A DNA stretch of 64,000 bases from Chrysemys picta bellii (lineage: Eukaryota). Positions within the stretch are counted from its first letter, which is position 1, and each line of letters starts with the position of its first letter. The translations under genes were made by a program, and so were the position numbers. The notes under the pieces were generated by a model. It had not been told where the DNA came from, made no database searches, and saw nothing but the letters and a program-made list of their open reading frames with translations. This document shows, one piece after another, positions 54,429 to 64,000 of this stretch. Location of the stretch: NCBI RefSeq assembly GCF_011386835.1, contig NC_088802.1, positions 310,001 to 374,000 on the forward strand, written 5' to 3'.

Positions 54429-57400
54429 TCAGAAGAGGGCCCTGGCGAGCTTGCGGCCGGTGGCCTTGATTTTGGGGAAGGTGGCGCTGAGCTCAGCCCT
54501 GCGGGGGGCGGCGCTGGGGGGCAGGGGAGGCTCCCCGGGGCCCTTGGGCCGCAGCACAAAGTCCAAGCTGGAACCATTCATGGCGTAGAAGACGTTGGCT
54601 GTAGGCGGGAAGGTCAGCTCTGCGGGGGAAGAGAGAGAGGGTGTGAGGGGGGTTCGGGAATAGAGTCCCCCCCACCCACTCATGGGACCCCTCACCACTG
54701 TGGGTGCTCCCCAACCCCCCAATGGGCCCCCTACTCCCTACCCCAGGGACACCAATTCCCCCTGCCCCCCTCACCTTTCCCATCAGGCAGCAGCTGGACC
54801 AGCTGGAATTGGGGGGCAGCCCCCCGCTCCTGGCCGTGCTTCTCCAGCACCTTGGCGATGACAGACGGAGTCTTGTCCTGGCTGGTCACCTACAGCAACA
54901 CAACACACAACTCCCACCATGCACGCCAGAGCCAGGCGAGGTGCCCAGAGAGCTCCACCACATACAGGGAAGTGATCACCCCACAGAGATAACACAAGCA
55001 TAGCCACAAAGACACACCCCACACACACAACATGCAAAGCTGGGAGAACACAGCAAATTCCAACAGACCTCCCAGAAAGCCCCACGCCCAGCACCCACCC
55101 AATCACCCCCCCCCCCCCGACAATGCACGCATGCGTGCACCCCCCCCCCCCGACAATACATACACACACACGTACGTGTAGGTCCAGCCCACTCATACCA
55201 GACACACACACTGTCTCTCCCTGTGGGAAGGGGCTGCCCCATTGTGAGTCAGGGGACCAGCTGCCTCCTCCCCATAGCAGCTGTGGGATTGGGGTCACGC
55301 TGGGGAAAAGGGGGGTTCCCAGGCTAAACTAATAGCCTGGCCCACCCCCCACAACACTCAGACTGCAGCAGGAAAGTGTCACAGCAAGACAGACAGGGCA
55401 GGCTTGAGAACCCAGGTGTCCCGACTCCCAGCTGCCACTCTAACCCCTATTCCTGCCCCCCAGCTGGGATAGAACCCAGGAGTCCTGGCTCCCAGTCCCC
55501 ACCCTGGAGACGGGACCCAGGCGTCCGGGTGCTCACCAGGATGCTCTTGTAGAGGCTGCCGTTGTGCAGGGCCATGCGGGCGCGGATGATGCAGCAGTCG
55601 GAGGGGGGGGCCCCGGGCTCCAGGGTGGGAGGGGCAGGGAAGGCCGAGCCGCATGAAGCCGAGCGCCGGTGCCCCCGGGGAAAGCCCCCCCCGGTGGGGG
55701 TGGGGGGCGAGAGGCCCCTGGCCAAGGAAGCCACGTCCTCAGGAGCTGTGTCCAGCGCGGAGACTGATGGCCACTTCATGTGCTGTCGGGATGCAGAGGG
55801 GGTGACTGGGGGTGGGGCAAGGTGCTGGGATTGAGGGAGGGGAAGGAATGGGACAAGGGGCAGGGGACCGAGGGAGAAAGGGGGATGGGATGGGGGAGCA
55901 GGACTTGGGGGGGGGGGGGGGGGGGGGAGATCAGGCGGGGGGATGGGGGCAGGGGGGAGGAAGCGATAAGGGGGGTGTCTCACCTGTGCCAGGCGAGACA
56001 GCAGCTGTGTGGGGCCACGGGGGGGGCGGCAGCAGGTCGGGGCTGCAGCCGGGGGGCCCCTCCCAGGAGACCAGGGGGTTCCCCACGGAGCTCAGCAGCC
56101 TGGGAGGCAGGGGAGGTAACAGATGGAGCGAGGGGGGGGCTGCTACCTTCAGCCCCACCAGCCTCCGCCCCTCGAGCCCCCCTCCCCATCCCTCCAGCCC
56201 CCCAACGCGCCAGAGTCCCCCTCCCTCAATCACCACTCAGCCCTGCTCCCCGCCCCCCCATGCTCACTCTGTGCAGTGGGTGATGACCAGGGTGGGCTTC
56301 AGGGGCCGCTGGGGGGTTGGGGCCTCCCCAGGGGGTTCGATCTCACAGGAGAGACTGTGACTGTGGGGAGAGGGGGATTAGAATTGCACAATACACACAA
56401 CCCCCCCCAAACTCCTCTACACACACACCCCTCCTACATGCAACACTCCCTACACAACTCCCCCCAAACTCCTCTACACACACCCAAACACCACACACAA
56501 CCCCCCAAACATCCCCCCATGCAACACACACAATGCCTCCCCCAAACCCCCCCACACCACACTCTACACAACCCTACATGCAAACACAATCCCCTACATG
56601 CAGCATCCCACTTCACGCAGCTCCTACAAGCACCATCTCCCCCCCGCACCCATCCACAGGGGCGCTCCTCCCCCCCTCGCTACCTCTGTGCCTCAGAGAG
56701 GGGGGGCAGCGCCCGCAGCCAGCGCTGGAAGGGGGGGCTGGGCTGGACACTGTAGTTGCGGCACACGGACTGCAGGAGACGCAGCTGGGCCAGAACCTCG
56801 AACTCCTGGGGGCAGAGAGGGGGGCAGTTACATGGGGGCACTGCCGTCAGCAGGGCTAAGACAGGGCAGCAGGGACAGAACGGGGGGGGGTGCTATACCG
56901 GGGGCAGCACAGAGAGCGTGGGGGACTATACTGTGAGGTGGAAGGGGGGTCCCAGGGCCTGTAACCAGCGGGGGGAGGACAGGGGGGACCAAGCAGAGAG
57001 CACAGGGGGCTGTACGGGGGGGGGGAAGCTTAGAGAGCCTGGGGGACCTGTACCGGGGGGGCAGACAGTGAGAGGGGGAGCTGTACCAGGGGGGGCAGAG
57101 AGCAACAGAGGGGAGCCCCAAGCCAGACGCGGAGGGAGCCCAGCAGCCCCGGCACAGCCTGGTACCTTGCGCCGCTTCTCGAAGTTGATGTATCCGTTCT
57201 GCCAGAGAAATGAGAGGTGCCATGAGTCCCGCAACCGACCCCCCCACATTCCTGGCCCCCCCATTGCTGCCCTGCCCCCCGCTGCCTGGCCCCCCATCAC
57301 CCACCCAGCTCCTCACTGCTCCCCTGTCCCTCGCTGCCTGGCCCCCATCGCTCCCCATTACCCTCCCCAGCTCCCCATTGCCTCCTTGCCTGGCCCCCAC

Positions 57401-60400
57401 AATGCACACATGCCCCCCCCACAGCCCCACTCCCTGGCTGTCCCCAACCCTCCTCATGCCTGGCCCCCCAGCCCCTCCCCCCCAAGCCTGGCCCTCAACC
57501 CTAACTGGGTCCTGGATCACCCCCCACCCCCTGGTCTCACCTCCAGCTCATCCTTCATGGCTGTGTCCAGCATCACCAGGTCTCGCAGGAAGGTGCCGAG
57601 GTAAGGAACCACGCCCTGGGGGGAGCAGGAGGTCAGAGACTGGGCAGTCAACCCCCCCGCCCAGCCCCCCACTTATCCCCCGCCCCGTGCCCCACCACCC
57701 CCGCCGTGCGCCCTTCGGCCCCCCACAAACCACCCCACCAACCCCCCCGCCCTGCAGCACCCCACCTAGCCCCCCCCCCCCACGCCCACTGTGTCCTCCA
57801 GCCCCGCACATAACGCCACACAAACCACACCGTCCAACACCTCACCCCACAGTGACGAAGTGGGGATTTTCCCTTGTTATGTTGTATGTGAGTCTTACTG
57901 TTGAGTCTATGTGAGTTTTACTGTTTTGCATGAATAATGCGTGCCTCAGTTTCCCTGTGTGCTGCACCAATACCTCGGTGGGGGGAACAGGGGTGTGGGA
58001 CTTTGGCTGAGACCTCGGGGGCAGGTCAGGCTGCTCCAGCTGCCTGCACATGTCGTAACCGGTGCCCTTCGTAACCCGAGACCCGGGGGGGGGGGGGGGG
58101 GGGGGGATTTTTGCAACCAGGTGATGCAACGGGGGGGCCTGCGGTCCGGTTGCTGGAAGCTGGCGGTCTGCTTGGGGGGGACTGGAAGATGGGGAGTCCA
58201 GGCCGCCTGGCCCAGGACTCCCCAAGATGGACTTGGCTGAAAGTCACTGATTTCTGTGCTAACAAGCTCTGTTGTACGCTGTGTTCCTGTCAACTAATAA
58301 ACCTGTTTTACGCTGGCTGAGAGTCACGTCTGACTGCGAAGTGGGGGGTGCAGGACCCTCTGGCTGCCCCAAGAGCCCCGCCCGGGTGACTCGCTGTGGG
58401 AAGTGCACGGAGGGGCATATGCTGAATGCTCCCAGGTCAGACCCAGGAGGTGAAGCCCTGTGAGCTTCTTGCCCTGAAGACAGTCTGCTCCGAGGGAGAG
58501 GAGGCTCCCCAGAGTCCTGACTGGCTTTGTGGGGAGCAGTTCCAGAGCATCGCCCGGGGACTCCGTGACACCCGCCTAGCCCCCCTCCCCGCCCACCATG
58601 CACCCTCCAGCCCCCACATAGCCCCGCACAAAGCACACTGCCAACCCCTTCGCCCCACAGCACCCTGCCTAGGCCCCCCACGGTCCCCCACAAACCACAC
58701 CTCCAGGCCCCAATGCCTCACACATATTCTCCACCCCCACAGCCTCCTGCCTAGCCCCCACCCACCCCAGTGTACCCCCACACAAACCACACCTCCAACC
58801 CAAGCCACTGAGCCCCTCACATATCCCCCACCCTATTGTGCCTCTGCTCAGCCCCCCATATATCCCAACCAGGGCTGCCCAAGCCCACCACACCCCCAGT
58901 ATCCCCCCCACCTCCTCCCCTCACCCCGTGCCCTGGAGGGGGAGAACAGGGACAGGGCAGCCCCTCCTATCCTGTGCCCCTCCCTCACCACTGGGCGCTG
59001 CTCCTGGGGTCTCCGCGGCTGCCGGCGTGGGGCAGGGTCGGCGCCAGACGGTTTGGAGGTGTCATCCTGGGGGGTAGAGGAATGTGAGAGGGGCACAGGG
59101 TGCGAGTGCAGGGAGGAACAATGAGACATGGGAAGGTGTCAGGGATGAGGGCAGATACAGGAGACAGGGTGAGACATAGGGGTTGGGGGTCAAGATGGGG
59201 CAGTTGGGTAGGGAGGGGGCAGAGGGAGGGAGTGGGGGACAGGATGGGGCAGGGGGACATTAGGGGGCCATGGTGAGGAGGTTGGCAGGAGGCAGTATGG
59301 AGGGCTGGGAGCCGGTGGGGCAGGCAGGAGGCAGAGTGGGAGCACAGAAGCTGGGAGACTGGGAGCTGGGGGGGCAGGAGCCGGGGGGACAGGAGCCCGA
59401 GGGAAGGGGGGCAGGATGGGGGGCACAGGAGCTGGGGGGCAGGAGCCCGGGGGGGGCAGAATGGGAGGCGCAGGAGCCGGGGGGGGGCCGGATGGGGGCA
59501 CAGGAGCCGGGGGGCAGGAGCCGGGGGGGCAGGAGGGCAGGATGGAGGCGCAGGAGCCAGGGGGGGCAGGAGGGCAGGATGGGGGGCACAGGAGCTGGGG
59601 GGCAGGAGGGGGGCACAGGAGCTGGGGGGCAGGAGCCGGGGGGGGCAGAATGGGAGGCGCAGGAGCCGGGGGGGCAGGAGCCCGGGGGGGCCGGATGGGG
59701 GCACAGGAGCTGGGGGGGGCAGAATGGGAGGTGCAGGAGCCGGGGGACAGGAGCTGGGGGGCAGGAGGGGGGCACAGGAGCTGGGAGGCAGGAGCCGGGG
59801 GGGCAGGATGGAGGCGCAGGAGCCCGGGGGGCGGATGGGGGCACAGGAGCCGGGGGGCAGGAGCCCGGGGGGGCCGGATGGGGGCACAGGAGCTGGGGGG
59901 GGGCAGAATGGGAGGCGCAGGAGCCGGGGGACAGGAGGGGGGCACAGGAGCTGGGGGGGGGCAGGCAGCCCCTCACCTGGAACAGCAGCTGCCGGCTCAG
60001 GCTGTAGTTATCCTGTTCGGAACAGATGGTGCTGAGCTCCTCGTAGCTGCGCAGCGCGTCCCTGGCGGGGGGGAGCGGGGGGAGAGTGAGTGACCCTTGA
60101 GACGCTGCCCCCCCCGGTGCCCCCCCACATCCCGACCACCCAGCTCCGCACCCCCCCCCCCCCCCCCAGCCCAGCCCCACCTGGCGGTCTCGTCCCAGGT
60201 CCGCTTGAGCCGGTGCACGGGGCTGGACTGCAGGGCGGAGATGATGGCGCAGAGAGATGAGAAGTTCCTCAGGGCGCGGCACTCCTGGGGGCACAGCGGT
60301 GGGGGTCACAGGGGGCCAGCTGCAGGGCAGGGGCTGGGCTGGCTCGGGGGTGAGGGGTCGGGGGGGCCTGGCTGGTACTGGGGGCAGAGCTGAGGTCAGA

Positions 60401-63074
60401 GGTTGCTCTCACTTCCACCGTTTGGATCCTTTTCCCATGAGCCGGGGGCCCATTGCTGGGGGGGGCGGGGATGGCCCAGGCTGGGGGCCCGACACAGTGT
60501 GGCGACCCCAACCCCAGGGGGCTGAGCTCCGGCCCCACACTCACCTCCGCAACGTGGATCCATTTCTCCAGGATCCGGGCCCGCTGCTGGGGGCGCAGCC
60601 CCGGCCCCGCCAGGCAGGAGCGGATCACGGCCCCCGCCAGACGGTTGAATTGGCGCACCGTGGCACGGACGCTGGGGCAGTCCCGCTCCCGCCCCTTCTT
60701 GTCACGCTGAGACCAGAGCGAGCCCAGGCACTGGTAGGGCACGACCCGCAGGAACAGTGCCTGGGGAGGGGCAGGGGTTAATGGGGCGCTGCTCCCTGAC
60801 CCCCCCACCCATCACCCCTGGGAACAGCGCCGGGGGGGGGGGGAGGAGTTAATGGGAGGCTGCACCCCAATCCCTTCCACCTACCGCCCCTGGGAACAGC
60901 ACCTGGGGGGCAGGGGTTAATGGGGGGCTGCTGCCCGCCCCCCCCCCGCCCCTGGGAACAGCACCTGGGGGGGGGGGGCAGGGGTTAATGGGAGGCTGCA
61001 CCCCGACCCCCACCCACTGCCTGGGGTGTCCCTTACCCCTCACTTACGTAGAGGAACAACTCGTGGGGTGTCCTGCTCCCCCACACCCTGTAACCTAAAC
61101 ACTGAGTCCCCGCCCCCGTTACCTACCCCCCCGCAAATAGCCTGATGTGGGGGGCTCCTGGGGTACAGCCCCCCCACACTCACCGCCTCCACCAGCGTCA
61201 GCTGAGCAGCCACCTGGTCAGCTTGGAAAATCAGGATGTCGAGGGGGTCAGGGTCCCCCCCTGGGGGTCACACCCCCCTCGGGGCCATCTTCCCCTGCCC
61301 CCCATTCCTTTTCCTCCAGCTCCCCTGCAAGGGGGGGGGCAGTGTTAGACCCAGCGGGGGGGGGGGGGGGAGAGCCTGCCCCACAGATAGACCCTCCCCC
61401 CAACCCCAGTACCCCCTCCCATCTCCCCACCCCCCAGATCTGCCCCCCACCCCCCATCTGCCTGCCTCCCAGCCCCCACACTCCTCTCCAACCAGACCCT
61501 TCCCCATCCATCTGCTCCCCTCCCCAGTCTGCAGGCTTCCCCCAGCCCCAGCCCCCCTCACCTCCATTGCTGGGCCCCCCCAGCACCCCCCGCAGGGCGA
61601 GCAGGCGTCTCTCGGCCTCGGAGCCCTGCCCCAGGGCACATTGCAGGCTCCGGCCCAGTCGCTCCACCAGGCCCGGGTCCAAGGCCCCCCAAAATCCTCG
61701 GGATACCCGTCCAGCCAGGAGCACATCACCGAGGAGAAGGCCCTGGGGGGGAGATGGGGGGTGAATGGGGGACACGGCCGGGGAAAGGGATTTGGGGGGC
61801 CTGTGGGGGGGGTCACTCACCGCTGCAGTTCAGCTGTCTCCGGGGAGACAGGCCTCAGCTCCAGAGCCCGACCTCCTCCAGCCTGAGGGAGAGACTGGGT
61901 CAGGGGGGGCTGCCATGGCCCCTGCGCTCCCCTCCCCACACCTGGACGACTCCTTCCCTTCGTGCACGCCCCTAACCCCCCCCTCCGGTTCCCAGCCCTC
62001 CCCTCTCATCCCCCCATGGGGCCTGGCTCTCCCCTTGTGTCCCCCCCATCCCCTCTACCCCCACGTCCCCCCCATAATCCCAATTCTAGTCACGCCCCCA
62101 CTTTCCCCCAGCGTCCTGCCCCCTCCCCCTACTTACCCCATGTCCTGCACCCCCTCCCCCCCACTTACCCCCAGGATCCTGCGCCCCCTCCACCCCAGCC
62201 CCGTCACCTGTCAAGCAGCAACCCCAGCACCGTGGGGGGGGCGGGTGAACACCCGGTAGGTGACCAGGAAGGCAGGGACGTAGGTGGCGTCACCCAGCGT
62301 CTGGGCCTCCAGCAGGTGCCAAACCAGCCGGACCAGCGACCCGGCCTTCAGTGAGCGGGCCTGGCTCCCCGCCCCCCCCGGGGCCTGTGGGGAGAACATC
62401 AGAGTCAGCCTGGATCCCCCCACTTCCCCCCAGTGACCCGGCCTGGCTGCCTCCCCCCCGGGGCTTGTGGGGAGAGTGTCAGGGCCAGCCTGAACCCCGC
62501 ATTCCCCCCCAGTGACCCGGCCTGGCTGCCTGCCCCCCTGGGGCCTGTGGGGAGAACGTCAGTCAACCTGGACTCCCCCCCACCATTCCCTCTCAGTGAC
62601 AGCCCCCCCCCCCCATACCGCTAGGGCCTGGGGGAAGAGAGGGCACCAGAGCCAACCTGCCCCCCACACTCACCCCTGGCTGGGCGCCCCCCGGACTGGC
62701 GCGTGGTCACTGTGTAGATCACTCCCTCCTCGGCCTCCTCCGTCAGGGTCACTGGGGGCTGAGGGAGGGCGGAGGGTTACCTCGGGTATCACCGCCCCCC
62801 ACCTCTCCCCCCCTGCCCCCTCCAACTGCAGGAGTCTCGTCCCCCCTCCCCCTACTCCAGCCACCCCTCTGGATATCCCCTGCCCAGCTGTATGTGAGCT
62901 GCCCCACACCCCCACAGGAGTTGTCACAGTTTCCTCCCCCCCAATCTCCCCCCACACACACTCACTCACCTTGACAGGCAGACAGTACCACCGTGTCCGG
63001 GACAGCCCCCCTCCTTCCTGACCTCCAGGCCCCAGGCATGCCCCCAGACGCAGGAAAACCTTCATCAGCCCCAC
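54429..63074 (-). CDS. RGL2: Ral guanine nucleotide dissociation stimulator-like 2 (REM, RasGEF and RA domains); several homopolymer frameshifts; first exon uncertain
   Basis: Exons 63074?-62970, 62758-62674, 62384-62208, 61882-61821, 61742-61562, 61324-61184, 60760-60545, 60284-60181, 60061-59977, 59066-58989, 57615-57541, 57198-57166, 56805-56684, 56360-56268, 56099-55984, 55782-55537, 54889-54775, 54619-54429. Peptides [51 protein letters not shown] and [16 protein letters not shown] match RGL2. Confidence 0.9.
57851..58570 (+). mobile_element. Solo LTR, 720 bp, antisense within an RGL2 intron
   Basis: (A)GTGACGAAG...CCGTGACA termini, AATAAA at 58296-58301, and flanks CCCAC/CCCGC (4 of 5 TSD match). 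Confidence 0.8.
59330..59965. repeat. G-rich minisatellite in an RGL2 intron
   Basis: Mosaic of GGGGGCACAGGAGCTGGGGGG, GCAGGAGCCGGGGGG and GAATGGGAGGCGC units. Confidence 0.9.
60761..61000 (-). repeat. About 70-bp array copying an RGL2 branch point, acceptor and exon start
   Basis: True site CCATTAACCCCTGCCCCTCCCCAG-GCACTGTTCC; upstream copies read CCATTAACCCCTGCCCCCCAG-GTGCTGTTCC. Confidence 0.82.
62385..62570 (-). repeat. About 79-bp triplication of an RGL2 acceptor plus exon start
   Basis: TGA(T/C)GTTCTCCCCACAG-GCCCC...AGCCAGGCC is present at the true site and again at about 62540. The middle copy reads ACAAG. Confidence 0.8.
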
Positions 63075-63589
63075 CCCCCGACAGAGACCCCCCTCCTGCT
63101 GCCTACTGGGGCGTGGCCCCCGCCAGCCCCCCCAGGAACTGCCCCCTCCCCTCAGGCAGAGGGAGCGCTCTGGGGGGCATCTGGGTACGTGGAGGGGACA
63201 GACAGATGGCCGTCACTGCCCCCACCCCAAGGTGCGTGTATGTTGAAGAGGTTCACTGGGTCCCGCTCAGCCCCACCAGGGGGCACAACTCTCACTGGGG
63301 TGGGGCGTGGGGGGGGAGGGAATCGCCCAGCTGAGCCCCCCCCCCGCAGCCCTATGGGACAGGCCTGGGCCTTGGACCTGGGCAGAGGAGTTTGGGGTGC
63401 GTAGGGGCTGGGGGGCAGGGTGGGAAAGTTAGGGGGCACAGCGGGGGTTCAGGGGCACAGAAAGTAGGGAAGGGGTGGAGGGGGAGGGGTGCAGCGGGAC
63501 CCAGTGAACCTCCCAAACACGCAGGCCAGGGCAGATAGACAGACAGACACCCTTCCCGCCTCCCCGGTCACACACACCCCAACCCCTCC

Positions 63590-63915
63590 TACAGTCGCCC
63601 GTCTGTCTGTCTGTCCTGTTCTCACTACACTCCTCCCCCGTCTGTCTGTCTGTCCCTGCTCCCCTCCTCCCTGTCTGTCTGTCCCCCCTCCCCTCCCCTC
63701 TCCCGTCTGTCTGTCTGTCTGTCCCCCCCTCCCCTCCCCTCTCCCGTCTGTCTGTCTGTCCCCGCTCCCCTCCTCCCTGTCTGTCTGTCCCCCCTCCCCA
63801 CTCCCGTCTGTCTGTCTGTCCCCCCTCCCCTGTCTGTCTGTCCCCCCTCCCCTCTCCCGTCTGTCTGTCTGTCTGTCCCCGCTCCCCTCCTCCCTGTCTG
63901 TCTGTCCCTGTTTCT
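63590..63915. repeat. (CTGT)n / CCCCT compound microsatellite
   Basis: Alternating GTCTGTCTGTCT and CCCCTCCCCTC blocks. Confidence 0.9.
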
Positions 63916-64000
63916 CTCTTTCGGTCTCCCTCCCCCTGCTGCTTCCGCCTTCTCTGTCTGCTCCAAGCCCCACCCCCCTCCCGCCCCTGCCCCCCCAGGC

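Noticed and set aside
58985-60309. Pro/Gly-rich 225-349 aa ORFs resembling collagen or extensin
   Set aside because: They arise from the G-rich intronic minisatellite and are open in several frames on both strands.
54429-63074. RGL2 as a pseudogene
   Set aside because: Every lesion is a one-base homopolymer change, while splice sites and domains are conserved. Sequencing error is more parsimonious.

Overview
Very GC-rich vertebrate DNA from the extended class II end of the MHC. The interspersed repeats look turtle-like, which is an inference from CR1, LTR and hAT remnants. Gene order is VPS52(-), RPS18(+), WDR46(+), B3GALT4(-), PFDN6(+), RGL2(-); all exons were walked by hand using splice sites and protein similarity. 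About 16 kb (2064-18037) is repeated in tandem (18048-33501) across a 10-N gap. This gives two RPS18, one VPS52 running off the window plus one cut at the gap, and one cut plus one complete WDR46. The pattern fits an uncollapsed haplotype overlap better than a real duplication. B3GALT4, RGL2 and VPS52 copy 2 carry single-base frameshifts in G/C runs, probably consensus errors. Most interesting signals: (1) intronic tandem repeats that repeatedly copy an exon end or start together with its splice site, making arrays of decoy donors and acceptors at 11 or more junctions in three genes; (2) seven perfect GGGGATTCCCC kappaB sites in WDR46 intron 1; (3) five phased YY1-ETS modules upstream of PFDN6; (4) inversion of the WDR46-B3GALT4 block relative to human; (5) two U12-type introns in VPS52, one of them AT-AC; (6) two hAT elements inserted at the same target motif. 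No CRISPR, rRNA or complete tRNA gene was found.
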